A stretch of 64,000 bases of DNA, from assembly GCF_006345805.1 (NCBI RefSeq), contig NC_042998.1, positions 50,592,001 to 50,656,000 on the forward strand, given 5' to 3'. Below are positions 1-13,499 of the stretch, piece by piece. The notes under the pieces are model-generated. The model did no database searches. It was not told the origin of the DNA and saw only the letters and a list, made by a program, of their open reading frames with translations. The stretch comes from Octopus sinensis (Eukaryota). Both the position numbers and the translations under genes were made by a program. How positions within the stretch are numbered: the first letter of the stretch is position 1; every line of letters begins with the position of its first letter.

Positions 1-46
1 CAGACAAACAGATGGACAGACAGACGGCAGACAGGCTACAGATAAA

Positions 47-320
47 TAGGTGGGTGGTTGGATAGATGGATGGATGGGTAGGTGGATAGGTATCTATGTA
101 GGTAGGTCGGTTTGTATGTATGTATGTAAGTAGGTAGGTAGGTAAGTATGTATGTATTATGTAGGTAGGTTGGTAGGTAGGTAGGTAGGTAGGTAGGTAG
201 GTAGGTAGGTAGGTAGGTAGGTAGGTAGGTATGTAGGTAGGTAGGTAGGTTTGGTAGGTAGGTAGGTAGGTAGGTAGGTAGGTAGGTAGGTAGGTAGGTA
301 GGTAGGTAGGTAGGTAGGTA
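47..320. repeat. (AGGT)n microsatellite
   Basis: Read directly from the sequence. Confidence 0.97.
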
Positions 321-344
321 GCCCCTTGTGGGCAGTAAAGAAAT

Positions 345-545
345 TAGAAACGTTAGCACGCCGGGCGAAATGCTTAATGGCATTTCGTCTGTCTTTATGT
401 TCTGAATTCAAATTCCGCTGAGGTCGACTTTGCTTTCATCCTTTCGAGGTCAATAAATTAAGTACCAGTTGCGTACTGGGGACGATATAATCGACTGGGA
501 CCCTCCCCCAAAATTTCGGGCCTTGTGCCTAGAGTAGAAAAGAAT
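345..545 (+). mobile_element. Octopus-type tRNA-derived SINE, family 1. Other copies: 2650-2925 -, 7850-8060 -, 34290-34610 +, 36585-36790 -, 36945-37080 -, 43300-43535 +, 44855-45050 -, 47740-48120 -
   Basis: Shared body GAG/ATTCAAATTCCGCCGAGGTCGACTTTGCCTTTCATCC...AAGTACCAGTT, with a B-box-like GAGTTCAAATTCC. Confidence 0.85.
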
Positions 546-559
546 TTAAATACCCTTCA

Positions 560-1300
560 GTTTCTTAGTATTCTCTGCTCATTGTACCGAGTATACCTGT
601 TACCATGGGAACAGTTTTCCCTTTTGTATTCCACATCTGTTCCAGAAGAGCGGGCAAAAACTAAAAGATTTCGTGGGTGGAGGGTATAATTCCAACAGTC
701 CATAGACTTATCGTTGTATCTAGGGATGGTCGTGTTGCCAGATTAGCCAATAAAAACACACGCACTATATATTTGGTGTTAATTTACTTCAACTTTATTT
801 TGTTTTTACATTAATCGGCTAGAGTATTTCGGCCAGAGTTCTTTCGTCACACTTCTGTGACCTCATCAGTGGTCCTTTGCTTTCTTCTTTCTTATTTGTG
901 TGTCTTTCCTTACTAACGATCAACCATTTTTGTCGTAAGTCCATAGACTCTAGCTCCTATACATTAGTATAGAGTGTTTTTCATCCAAATGGCTTCGCCG
1001 TCGTGGATTAGGAATTCTCATGCACGAAAGATGTTATCAATTTATGTATCTTCATTATTATGTCTTCGGTATAGTTCAAGAATGTATTGGTAGCAATCTT
1101 TAATATTAAAGTATAAAAAGTTGCAGTTGTTTTACGTGTTGTAGTCGTGAATCACTGTATGTAATTTAGATGTTATTACACAGTAGTATAATACAATTTG
1201 TTTCATGCGTAGGCATAGAATGTGTTTGCGTATGATATCAATGTCAGTTTTAGTAAGGTTGACTATTCAAACGGAAAGGTTATACCTAAAATTATTTTCA
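560..1300 (-). mobile_element. Decayed Penelope-like element (RT fragment plus pseudo-LTR with HHR)
   Basis: Minus-strand peptide remnants IVNLTKTDIDIIRKHIL, FNIKDCYQYI and IDNIFRA*EFLIHDGEAIWMK resemble PLE RT. Direct repeat GTCCATAGACT at ~698 and ~939 brackets an HHR motif. Confidence 0.6.
831..875 (-). ncRNA. Minimal type I hammerhead ribozyme-like motif
   Basis: GGACCA CUGAUGA G GUCAC-AGAAGU-GUGAC GAAA G-AA-C UC UGGCC. Confidence 0.6.
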
Positions 1301-1359
1301 TGATATTTAAATGTGAAATGTGTGTGTCTCAGTGCAAGTTGATCGATTCTAACATGAAA

Positions 1360-1362
1360 GAC

Positions 1363-1450
<88 letters not shown>

Positions 1451-1639
1451 GAATAACTTGGTAGGTGAGTAGGAAGGTAGAAAGATTAGATAGATAGATA
1501 GAAATCATTTTAGCACGAATGATTTTCGCATTAAGTATAGAATTAGTTTTTTTAAAATCGGTGCTGTGTGGGCTTATCTATTTCAAAGCGTTCTTCCATT
1601 TAATGTGTGTATGCGTGCGCGGCGCGCTATACATATATT

Positions 1640-1684
<45 letters not shown>

Positions 1685-1735
1685 TATGTATATATCTATA
1701 TGTCCCAATAGATCGATCAATAGACAGATAGATAC

Positions 1736-1767
<32 letters not shown>

Positions 1768-1768
1768 C

Positions 1769-1837
<69 letters not shown>

Positions 1838-1840
1838 GGG
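1360..1840. repeat. (GATA)n tracts at 1360-1450 and 1720-1840, with (TA)n between
   Basis: Read directly from the sequence. Confidence 0.95.
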
Positions 1841-2289
1841 GAGAGAGAGCAAAGAGTGAGATGGATAACTAGATAGGCTGGTAGTGAGATAGCTGCTTCT
1901 GTACTAGATAGGTATTGAAAATAAAATGACTTAAAAGTACTTATATATCTGTTCAAAGAAGCGTCGGTAATTCGCTCGCACCTTCACATCAATAAATTGT
2001 GCTTCGATGCTATCCTGAAATTAACATTAGATTTTTCAGTGTTATATCATCCTGTACGAATATGGATGCCTCTGTTGTACATTTGTGTGTGCGCGCATAT
2101 GTGTGTTTGTGTCCGTATACGGTGTGAAGGTGCGTGGTCAAATGGTTAAGGTGTTGTGCTCGCTGGATCGTGGGTTCGATTCCTGGAACGAGTGAGATGT
2201 GTTGTGTTATGGAGCAAAGCACTTCATTTCCTGTACCTCTAGTGCTATGTGGGGACCAGCATGCCAAAGAATTGACCTAACGTTTCCTC

Positions 2290-2640
2290 TACGCATCGTA
2301 AAACCCTCACCAGCAACGACTACTCATGGGTATACTTCTTGACTCGGAGGATTGTCGCCTGATTGGCGCGAAGGCATCTGCGACCAGACGTAGTAAGGAA
2401 TCCCCAACATTGAGCGTTTGATTGTGGCGATTCGATGGAAGACCTGCCACGAGCCTCACCTCCGGGAATGTGGTGAAAATTCCTCAGCTTGTGCATGAGG
2501 ATCGTTAGAAGCGTTTGAGGAAGGATATTCGGCGAAAGCGACCGGATCTGTGGAGCGCGAAGAATTGGATTATTCACGACGGCACGACAATGCTTTCTGT
2601 CACCGAGCTCCCTTCACTCGTGAGTTTCATGCCAAATACC
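2290..2640 (+). mobile_element. Mariner fragment, same family as 37378-38273
   Basis: Shares GAAGGATATTCGGCGAAAGCGACCGGATCTGTGGAGCG with the 37.85 kb copy; translates to REDIRRKRPDLWSAKNW..HDNA. Confidence 0.75.
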
Positions 2641-3216
2641 TATTTCTTTACTGAATTTCAACTCAGAACGTAGCGGCAGACGAAATACCTATTTCTTTAC
2701 TACCCACACGGGGCTAAACACAGAGAGGACAAACAAGAACAGACATACGGATTAAGTCGATTATATCGACCGCAGTGCGTAACTGCTACTTATTTAATCG
2801 ACCCCGAAAGGATGAAAGGCAAAGTCGACCTCGGTGGAATTTGAACTCAGAACGTAACGGCAGACGAAATACGGCTATGCATTTCGCCCGGCGTGCTAAC
2901 GTTTCTGCCCAGCTCGCCGCCTTTAATACCAGACTAATAATAACAGTTTCTCTAATAAATTTTTCATTATTTATAAAATTAGTTGAATGAAAGGCAGTGT
3001 ATTGCAGCAGGAATATGGTAACAAAAGATTAAAAAAAAAAGAGTAAGATTAACTGATTCCAGAAAGCGAGATGTTGCAGCACGGAAACCAAATTGCACTT
3101 AATGACATCCTATAGACTTAAAAAGAAAAAAAAATGAAAGGATATAAGGAGATAATGACAATTTTATGTAATCCTTAGAAGTGTGGAATGGTCTCATTTG
3201 GAAAGCATCTGATCAT

Positions 3217-3318
<102 letters not shown>

Positions 3319-3384
3319 TTCGCATTACATTTAACGTAAAATCTCGTGGAATTTGAAAACGTTGCTATTACAACATGGAAACCA

Positions 3385-3444
<60 letters not shown>

Positions 3445-3721
3445 CTACGTAGGCATTCAGCATGTTAGAAATAGGAACTTGGCTTAAAGTAATAGTAATA
3501 GCATCTTGACTGAAATAGCAACCAAGTTACACTAAAGAGCATCCTACAGTCTTAACAAAATAAAGTATAATGATAGTTTTAAGTATGCTTATAACTGGAT
3601 GGCCACCTTCAGAATGCATTTGATAAAACGACATCCAGTACTACTACTACTACTACTACTACTACTATCGCCACTACTACTTCTGTCGTCATTGTTGCTA
3701 ATATTGCTGCTGCTGCTGCTG

Positions 3722-3755
<34 letters not shown>

Positions 3756-4496
3756 AAAGCTTAGCATCAGCGTAAGTAAAATCGCGTTGGATTTAAAAGC
3801 GTTGAAATAAAGCAAGATTGCAAGAATTCATTTTAAATTGATATGAAGATTTCTTTTCATTGTCGTTATTTTTCTCTTTCTCATTAATTCGCTTAATTCT
3901 CGCGAATGTTTCCATGGAATAATACGAACTATTCTATCTACTTTATAAGGAAATAACAAAGAAATGAGAATAAAAACCAAAAAAATCCGATAAAATAAAC
4001 TGAAAATGAAAAAAGAAATTTCTTAAAATATTCAGAGTGCATTCGCTTTGAATGCAAGATGTAGTTTTCTACAACGTCGGATACTTTCTGAGAAACTCAT
4101 TTTCTTTCACCTCCGTTACTTTGGCACTGCATATAATTTTCTTAAATAAGAAAACCTAGTCTTGTTAGTTTTTTCTTTCTCTATTTCTCTCTCATTCACT
4201 CTCTCTCTCTCTCTCTGTTTCGTCTTCCTGCCCCGTTTCGCTCTCTATGTCTCGTTTTCCTACCCTCTCTTTCTTTCTCTCTCATTCTATATCTTATATT
4301 TGTTCCCACAGTGGTGACAATAATACCTTACATCGAGGTCCGTCTTAACAGAACTGTAAGTCCTTGGGACAATCATAGCACTAGACTCTATAGTATATAT
4401 TTACTGACGACAAGGCACGACACATAGATCAGAATTAGCCTCCTAGAACCGTAAGGTCCCTGACAAGTACCTAATGTGCCCATACCTGCTATATAT

Positions 4497-4575
<79 letters not shown>

Positions 4576-4799
4576 TTGTGTATCTGTGTTTGTCCCCCAC
4601 CATCGCTTGACAACCGATGTTGGTGTGTTTACGACCCCGTAACTTTGCGGTTCGGCAAAAGGGAGCGATAGAATAAGTACTGGTCTTGTACTGGCGTCGA
4701 TTTGTTCGACTAAAGGCGGTGCTCCAGCATGGCCACAGTCAAATGACTGAGACATTTAAAAAAGGTAAAAGAAGTACTAAGGTCGATAAAAGTAAAGTC

Positions 4800-5026
4800 A
4801 CCTCAAATCATACCGACTCATAAGGGCCGGTTTCCTGGTTTCAATGACGTATCTATTCCTCACTTGGTCGGTACGCCGGTCCATTACAGGATTATTCAAT
4901 TTTGTCAGCTAGGTGGACTGGAGCAACGTGAAATGAAGAGTTTTGCACAAGAACGCAACATATCGCTCGATCCAGGAATCGAAACCAATAATACAACACC
5001 CTAACCACTAAGCCACGCGCTCTCAC
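4800..5026 (-). mobile_element. tRNA/CORE-like SINE (head B plus tail 3); related heads at 2125-2230 + and 33870-34043 -
   Basis: Head GCGCGTGGCTTAGTGGTTAGGGTG, then TTTCACGTTGCTCCAGTCCAC, then CCTGTAATGGACCGGCGT (V-domain-like). Confidence 0.65.
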
Positions 5027-5527
5027 TACTGGAGTCGATATTTTCGGTTAAAACCCTTCAAGCGCTGCTCCAGCATAGCCTCAGTCCAAAGACAGAAACA
5101 CGTATAAGAGATAAAATCTAAAAGATACCATATTTTGTTATATCCGCTTACGCTCTCCCAAGTTGCAATCCTGCAACAGTTGATCGATTTAGCCCTTTCA
5201 TTCATCTGAAGTCGATATGATAAGTATTGTTCAAACACTGGATCAAATTGAATCCAATACTTCCCTGCCACGAACTGTGTGGCCTTGTGCCAATGCTGTG
5301 GAAATCGATATTTATCTAAGTCAGACAGCTAATGTTGATGCAGTTGCTAACGGTCAGAATCTTCTGAACTTACCAAGACGAAATACGAATCTTTGTAACA
5401 ATTTTAGAAGTTATAAAATCTATAATTATTGTTAATATAACCTGCGGTTAGCTAGTATTGCTGACTCAGATTATATAGAGAAATTTAACGCAGTAGACGA
5501 AGATATATGCATATTCTTGAGTGAGTG

Positions 5528-5660
<133 letters not shown>

Positions 5661-6077
5661 GTATGCAAGCGATTTCACTAAATGAATTTGGGGGAACGAG
5701 TTTGGTTGTGTGTGTGAGTTTGGCTGAAAAATAAAATCTCGAGAATATATTTTAAGCTGTTTTCGTGAGTCATGTTACTATAAAGAAGGGAGCCTACCAC
5801 TCTTTCTCTCTTCTTCTTTATCTTTTATCTTTCATCTGTTTCTATCAATGGGCTGCAGCCATGCTGGGGACACCGTCTTTAAGGGTGTGAGCACGCGTTC
5901 GTGCGTGCGGCGTCCCACAATCGCCATTTATTTCAGTCACTCTTGCGATGGTATTCACGTAAATCATTTTTTCATTTAATCCCCATTTTGATTTTCAAAT
6001 CAGTTTCCGAAGATGTAGATGATCAGTATTCAACACCGGATGCCTATACTTGTAATATATATATATATATATATATA

Positions 6078-6232
6078 TGACGGGCGTCTTTCAGTTTCCG
6101 TCTACCTAATCCACTCACAAGGCTTTCGTCAGCCCGAGGCTCTAGAAGAAGGCACTTGACCAAGCGCCACGCAGTGGGACTGAACTCGGAACCATGTGGT
6201 TGGGAAGCAAGTTTCTTACATCACACAGCCAC
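6078..6232 (-). mobile_element. tRNA-derived SINE, family 2. Other copies: 18175-18335, 19443-19603, 34920-35055, 59773-59915 (all -), 26665-26812 +, 27567-27690 -, 62025-62150 +
   Basis: GTGGCTGTGTG...CCCAACCACATGGTTCCG.GTTCAGTCCCACTGCGTGGC.C.TTGG...TAGACGGAAACTGAAAGA.GCCCGTC. Confidence 0.85.
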
Positions 6233-6399
6233 ACCTGTAGACATCTCTGATGAGAACCCAATAAGTTTCAAAAATCGAATGAGGCTATTCATTATATTTT
6301 CAATCCATAGAAAGATAATTACTTTGTTATATTTTTATGTCTACTACGTAGCTTTATGAGTGTGTGCGCGGGATTTGTGTGTGTGTGTCTGTGTGAAAA

Positions 6400-6642
6400 T
6401 TCCAAGAGGCGTCTGATCGGCAACCGACGGCTTCGAGGTCGTTCTGTCTCTGCGTCTGTGGAGACTCCGCGGCAAACAGGGCGTCCTGTCACTCGGGATA
6501 TGCATGAGGGATGTCGGGGACCGTTTGTGAATTCAGTATTCCCGCGAAACTTCTTCTATGGTTCGTGATGCCGTCAGGACCGGAGAAGAAGCCGGCTCAA
6601 CCCGCCCTGGGTGGACGCCGTCACAAGTACAAGTAAGTAAGT
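6400..6642 (+). mobile_element. Probable RTE-like LINE 3' end
   Basis: GC-rich island translating to MVRDAVRTGEEAGSTRPGWTPSQVQVSK and ending in an (AAGT)n-like tail. Match to RTE C-termini is from recall. Confidence 0.45.
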
Positions 6643-8995
6643 GTGTGTGTGGTCTTATTTGAAATTGAAGTACTTTAGACTTTTTTTTTTGTCTGCAGGC
6701 TTCGTTTTGCATTTATTTACGTATGTATTTTTGTCTGAGATCGCTTTTTTAAACAAATATTAAAGATAATAAATTCGAAGAGTTTTGAAGAAAATATTTT
6801 GTAGTATCGAGTTACATCCCTTTAAAGTTTTGTAGGTCAACTTTGTCCTTCATCTTTACAAGGTAGATAGAATATGTATTTATCAATTATTTGAGCCGTA
6901 AAAACTGAGTTTCGGCATGATATCACTCCATTGACAGCAGCCAGTAAAATAAGTGAATCCTCAACATCATCATCAGCAGCAGCAGCAGAACCCAAGCGAC
7001 CGACTTGCCTGGATCAATAAGTGACATTGGTCTTTCGATTGCTGAACGTCTCACCTGCGCACGCCACGACTACAGATGATAGCAGTTATTTACTTGCTGA
7101 ACTGGTTGGTTTTGGCCATTGGCAGTTTGTTGACTGTTCATCCGCTCAAACCGCTATGATACGATCTTGTTTAGTTCTTTTTCCCGTCACCTTGTTTGTT
7201 TCACAGCATTAACAATCAATCATGCTGCTACAGTAATCAACTGCGTTTCCTTATTAATATTACAGAGTAATTATTTGTCAAAAAGCAAGTAAAAATTGTT
7301 GTTATTATTTATGCAGAACAAATTTTATATCGTGCTAATTTTGGCTTCGAAACCGCTCATATAGAATGTTTTCAAAAACTACGCAACTATATCTCAATAT
7401 ATCTTTTCAGTTAAGTTGACATGATGAAGATAACTTGCAACGATATCTGGTAAATTTCAACTGAAATATTAACCGAAGTCAATACGGTACTATTACCTTC
7501 AGGCAGAGTCAAAGAAATACTATAAAGTTTAGCTAAAATTTGTATCATGCTATTATCTTCAGTAAAATTCATTGATCCCAGATAGTCTTGCCAGAAAAGT
7601 CAACCAATCAGAGATAATGAATTTAATGCATCAGTCCATCGTAATGTTATAAGAAGTTCTTATTTGATATAGCTACGTTGCATTCGGAGGCTGTAACAGC
7701 TACAGAATTCATTCATTTCAACATCACTATAATTATGAATTATGGTTTTATTAAAGAAACAAAATAAACAAATACATAAATAAAAAAAGAGCTGTTCATT
7801 TTATGCTTTCTGATCTCTAGCACGTCATACACCTGCAACATCAAGATTGGTTTCAAATTTTGATAAAAGGCCAGCAATTTAGGAGGAAAGGCGTAAGTCG
7901 ATTACATCGACTCCAGTGTCCAACTGATACCAATTTTATCGACCCTTAAAGGATGAAAGATAAAACCGACCTCGGCAGAATTTGAACGTTAAGACGCTCG
8001 AAATGCCGCTAAGTATTTTGCCCGACAATGCTAATGATTCTGCCAGCTCACCGCCCTTAATATTAGGACCAATATTAAGAGTCACAGTGTAGATATAGAA
8101 TTGTTAAAGGACAGGTGGGATGTATCCTCAAAAGTGGTTATGGTTCCATACAGAAAACAAAATCTTCTCCAAGACAGTGAGTATAGATTCTTTCTTGAGA
8201 GTTTCTATATTTTGCACTTAGCGCATACAAAAGGGTGAATTGTGAATTTTCTTTTTTTTTGCACAATACTATACCCTTATTTAAGAAGTTTGAGTGATTT
8301 CTATAAAATCAAGCAATAAGGAACTTCGTTATTAACGACGGAAGCAGCATTATTTTAAAATGATATTTTGTAAATCTTAAAGAAGTGGAATTGCTAAATC
8401 CGGATTTCTGTCTAATTGTGCATCATCAGTATGAAGCATAAACTAGCAGCGGCACACTTAGAGAAATCTAGCCACGACTGGTGATTAACAAATCCCTGGT
8501 TTCGCAAACAACCGGCAGGCTTGGTAAAAATTCGTTATTAGCGATGAAAAGACTATTAGTTCTAAATAGCATTCAGTATATCTTACTTAACGTGGATAAA
8601 TGGTAGAAACCCACGCAGTTACTGTATTCGTCTCCGGGAAACATCTCATATGGATGTATAATGCTATAAAGCTTAGGAGAGTGAAGAAGATAATTTTATA
8701 TGATAAAAGTAGGAGAAATAAATGTCTATATTTTGCAAATGTGTGTATGTGTTTGTATTGCATGTGTGTGTGTGTGTGTGTGTGTGTGTATCAAAAATGT
8801 AAATAAGGAAATGCCATGAGAACTTTCTCATGGAAAAGTATTTACCTTTTTAACTAATCAGTTATTGGTATCGATCGCTTTAAAAAGATGATCCAGGTAT
8901 GCTGAAATGGAATGAAAAATAAATTGAAATAAACCAAATTAAATTTATCTTTCATAATATTTTTCAGTAGAAATTGACTCGCGCGAAATCGCTTA

Positions 8996-9038
<43 letters not shown>

Positions 9039-9039
<1 letters not shown>

Positions 9040-9700
9040 TAGCTAAGTAACCCGTCGTTACCGGATAATTTTCGCAATAGAACGCCTTTACTTCAATTTT
9101 TTTATTATATGTTTCCAGTGTCTTCTCCGATGGATCGATGGATAATCTTCTTTGTTAGAAAGGATTTCTGCATTATTTGATGTAATTTATCACGTCTCGT
9201 TAAACGAAGTATTTCGTTTTTCCATGTAGTGTATAGGTGTAAAGAATTTTCTTACTTCCTACTCTTGAAAGAGCCAACCATGGGTGAAGCAGGATTCTTC
9301 AAAGTGTAAACTGGCAACCGAAAATGTTTGTCTTTCGGATTAGTTGATGGTCATGGCAAAACTAAGAGTCACTAGAAATTGAAGTCGTTAGATTTGAAAT
9401 CTGACATTGTCTTCTGAATCTGTGCGATGGAGGCTCTTGTGCGCTTATCCTCTAATGATTAGATTCTAATCGATACATCCTATGCTCGGAGAGAAACAAA
9501 CAGACAGACATCGTAAGATGGGAACTTGGATCTCAATGAATTTAATATAAAGAGATCTACAAAATTGCAGATGTCAGCACTGTCATACAATTCCATCGAT
9601 ACATCGAACAATTCACTTGTATCGGATTTTTAAACCCGCGTTGAGCCCTTACTAAATAGAGATACTTTCTCGCGTGCATTCTCTTGTAGTGTTGTATTAT
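9039..9700 (-). mobile_element. Helitron 3' end with PIF1-like helicase C-terminal remnant
   Basis: Minus-strand peptides FILNSL and RLQFLVTLSFAMTIN*SERQTF...CFTHG..SRVG. Terminus is hairpin CCGGTAACGACGGG followed by CTAG|T at 9042-9038. Confidence 0.8.
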
Positions 9701-10839
9701 CCTATTGTTGTAGAATAGTAGCCTCTCTGATTTTGATATGAATATTCCTTACTATTTATAGGGCAGTGGACGGGATACTCACCCGGGTTATGCGACGGCA
9801 ACTTCAAAAGTCGCCTATCTTCTTTCCTGTACATGGATAAAAATAAGGCTACTAAGTTGGCTAGCAACATATGGGGTTTGGAGCCCAAATCCTCACCATA
9901 TGCAATCAGATGGAAAATCGTAGATTCATATGTTAATGAATTTTTTAAAATGTAAGTTATGCGTAGGTGAAAAATCACATATCCTTCCTTTTTAGATCTA
10001 AGAATTCCACCACACTGCTGAATTCCCGATAAGAAATTTTCAGCAAATGCAAACTCATGGACAAGTTTCCTTTGGCGAATTGGAGACAACCACCCTCTCT
10101 GTATTGAGCACCTGTATCATTGACTTTAGACACCTTCCATTGATTCTTCTCCATCTAGTCTCGCTACTTTAGGATCAAAGGAGATATAACTCTAATTCTT
10201 CTTCTTTTTCCTTTTTTCGTTTCCTTTTCCGTTTTTTTTATTTATTTATTTTTTCACCATTCCACTTTTTGAACCTTCCTTCATCTCGTTTTTTCTTTTC
10301 ACATTTCTCTCACTCTGTTGTCTTGATTTGTAACTTGCATAGGTCACGTGCCCAGAGCCCGGAGATTACTTGGAGACATTTGGCGTGTTTTAAGACCTGC
10401 CTAGATAATATCTTCAATGTATGAAACTATTTAGTAGCTCACAACTAAATACTGTGTACATCAAACAATATTTATCTCTCACCAGATGGAATACGTTTTT
10501 GTTGATCTTACTTTAAGAAAAAGTAAACTATACATACACACACATACACACACACACACACACATACATACACATATATGTGTGTATGTGTGTGTGTTTA
10601 TGTATTTATAAGGTTTTAAATAACTTCAACATTGTCTGTATTTTCTTTCAAGTATTCTGATTTAACGCTGTGTTCTATATAAACGTATACTATTTAAATA
10701 AATGATAAATATCTTGAGAACATGTATTGAGTTCTTCAGTCATTTAATATCTGTTGTTCTTTGTTATTACGAAAATACATTCACTCACACATACACACAC
10801 ATATCCATATAATACATATATAGATATATGTACGTATAT

Positions 10840-10871
<32 letters not shown>

Positions 10872-11118
10872 CTTACATACATACTTACATAACACGCTGT
10901 TGTATATGTGTGTGTGTGAGTGTGTGCTTGTATGTTCATGTGTATGTATGTATAGATGTAGTTTCAATTTACTGATTTCATCAGTAAATAAATACGAACA
11001 AGCGCAGACACATATGTATGTGTGAGTGAGTGTGTGTGTGTGTATGTGCGTTTGTGTATGTATATTCACACAATATACATGCCTACTTACAATCATTTAC
11101 ATATATATATATATATAT

Positions 11119-11191
<73 letters not shown>

Positions 11192-11235
11192 ATATACACA
11201 AATATATATATACATATATATATGTATATATATAC

Positions 11236-11316
<81 letters not shown>

Positions 11317-13499
11317 CATACAAGATACATAAATAGATTGTATACTTGTATACACACACATCACAATATCCGCTACGAGGACACCATTATGCTATCTGTA
11401 ACTCGTTACAGCGTCTGCATCCCTTATCGTTGTGTTTAATCTGTTGCAATATCTATAATCAGTTACCACATTTTCCTGGTGTTGTAGTTTGACAGAATAA
11501 TTTAACTGTATGTTCTGATCTATTCCCAAAAGGATATCTTGGAAAATTTTACTGAATCCTTCTAACCTACACTTTTCATCATAATAGCTTTGAAAGTAAA
11601 CATTCCAACAGACGAAGGCACCGCATTCGCGATTCTCTTTATCTCCATCAATAATATACGTTACTCACAATACATTTTCTATTAGCCTTATCTTTTCTAA
11701 CGTTTATTTGACATCCTCTACGTGCATCCATCAATAGCAGAAACGGTTCTGATACTAAAATCCGGTAAACTGACGTAGATTTTTCAGGATATATTACAGA
11801 GATACTACGTATTTGAGGAGAAAAAAGTCAGTAGCTAATTTAGTATTAATATATTTATTGCTCCTGCATTTAAAAGTTGACTACAAATAACTAAGTGAGG
11901 AAGGCCAAAAAAATAATAATATTAGTTATTGCGTAACAATATATCAATTCGTTCGATAACTAGGGGAGACAACTGTAAGTGTGTTTCCGCTTTATTATAG
12001 TCATTCATGGAGAAACAGTGTTTTTTGTAGCTACCGAAATAATGATGAGAAAATAACTAAGAACCTATCTATTCATGCATAAAAAGAACATGAGTATGCG
12101 TATTTTCTAAACAATTCCAGCTTGTAATACCTACTGGTGTACGTTTTTCTGCATAAGGTTATGAATTACCCCATCACTATTTTGGCATGAATGGTGGTGT
12201 TTCGCTAGTGAGGTTTATAACAAGAACGAAGCAAAAGTGCTATTTTCACCTGTACTTGTTCATAGAATTATAACAATTAATAATGACTAAGAGTGTATTT
12301 TTTTCTGCTGCATAATTATTTTTGTCAGATCTGCAGTGATTTCAACATTAAATACTTTAACATTAATTTAATCATTGTTTCCAGAATATAAGCCAACTCA
12401 CTGAATTAGCTGTCCTTTACAGATCTAGCCTAAAGCTTTTTGATTCAGTTATCTTCTGTCTTTTCTTGAAGCCCCTCAAGTAATCAAGCCATACCTGTTT
12501 GCACAAGGTGAAGATATACTTCAACTGATACAAATAAAATAGAAAACATGCATTCCAGTGTTCTCTTACGTAGATACAAAAGAAATGTTTAAATGATATT
12601 GTTAAACGATTAATATTTTTATTTCTATTTCTATATCGCCGCATATTTTATTCCAGCTCAAATTTGTAATTCTATGTATTAAACATGAAGCCATTTACTT
12701 ACCACGTATCTAAGTCTCATCTCCAGTATCAACAAATAATTCTCAAATGAATATTTACTAAATATTTCCAAAACCTCGATTCGCTCTACACTAAATTAGT
12801 GCTCATACAAAACGGTCGCTTAAGTAAAATCAGACACATTAAATACTACATGCAACGGAAAAGGACCTCCACTGACAAACAAACTTGCATCAAACGCAAG
12901 ATTAACATCGCATTTGTGTTCTTCGTTCCTTCCTTTAATTGCTTCTATAACGAACGCTTACTGATCTTTTCTGAATATCTGTGTTGACATTCTTACTAAA
13001 ATATGAATTCACTGTTTAAATCAGTTTTAGGATGATATATTAGGAGGCAGAATTCACTTTCTGTTCACTTTAATATCATTATATCTCCCTTTAGAGAGCT
13101 TTTTGCTGTGTCCATTCTATTGTAAGCACTCAGGCTGTGCATACCATTTTATGGTAATGTTCCCTTTTATCCCCACCCACTGAGTTGTTTCTGAAAAAGG
13201 GCCATTTTCCATTGTTGTTGGTCTTTGGAGTATACAAATAAAAAAAAAAGTTTCCAGCGTGACAATCATTCGAGAAAAAAAGTTGTCTAAATGAAAAAGA
13301 AACATATGAGTCAAACTAATTCTATTCGCAATTACTGATAAAATAGCTCAAATAAAAATTCAGGTGATGTAATCCTATTTTTTCTAATGTAAACGTTAAG
13401 AGACAACGCATAAATTACATCACTATAGCCTACAACAACAATACATATCTCTATATGCTTAGACATAATGAATGTCCACAGATATATAAAGCGTCAGTT

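Noticed and set aside
6247-6280. CTGATGA-GAAC..GTTTC-AAAA
   Set aside because: GAAA is broken and helices I and III cannot be formed convincingly.
6632-6726. Apparent donor (AA|GTAAGT), acceptor (T-run+GCAG) and a 22-nt microexon
   Set aside because: The donor coincides with the (AAGT)n tail of a probable RTE 3' end, and no coherent reading frame links the pieces.
9697-10089. 130-aa ORF
   Set aside because: No recognisable domain; it lies adjacent to a decayed Helitron and is probably a chance frame.
10955-10990. Perfect 9-bp hairpin TTTACTGAT/ATCAGTAAA containing an HHR-like core on the minus strand
   Set aside because: AT-rich, and helices I and III are unsupported.
11400-11660. Stop-free ~85-codon minus-strand frame
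   Set aside because: No start, no splice signals and no known motif; another frame faintly resembles decayed RTE.
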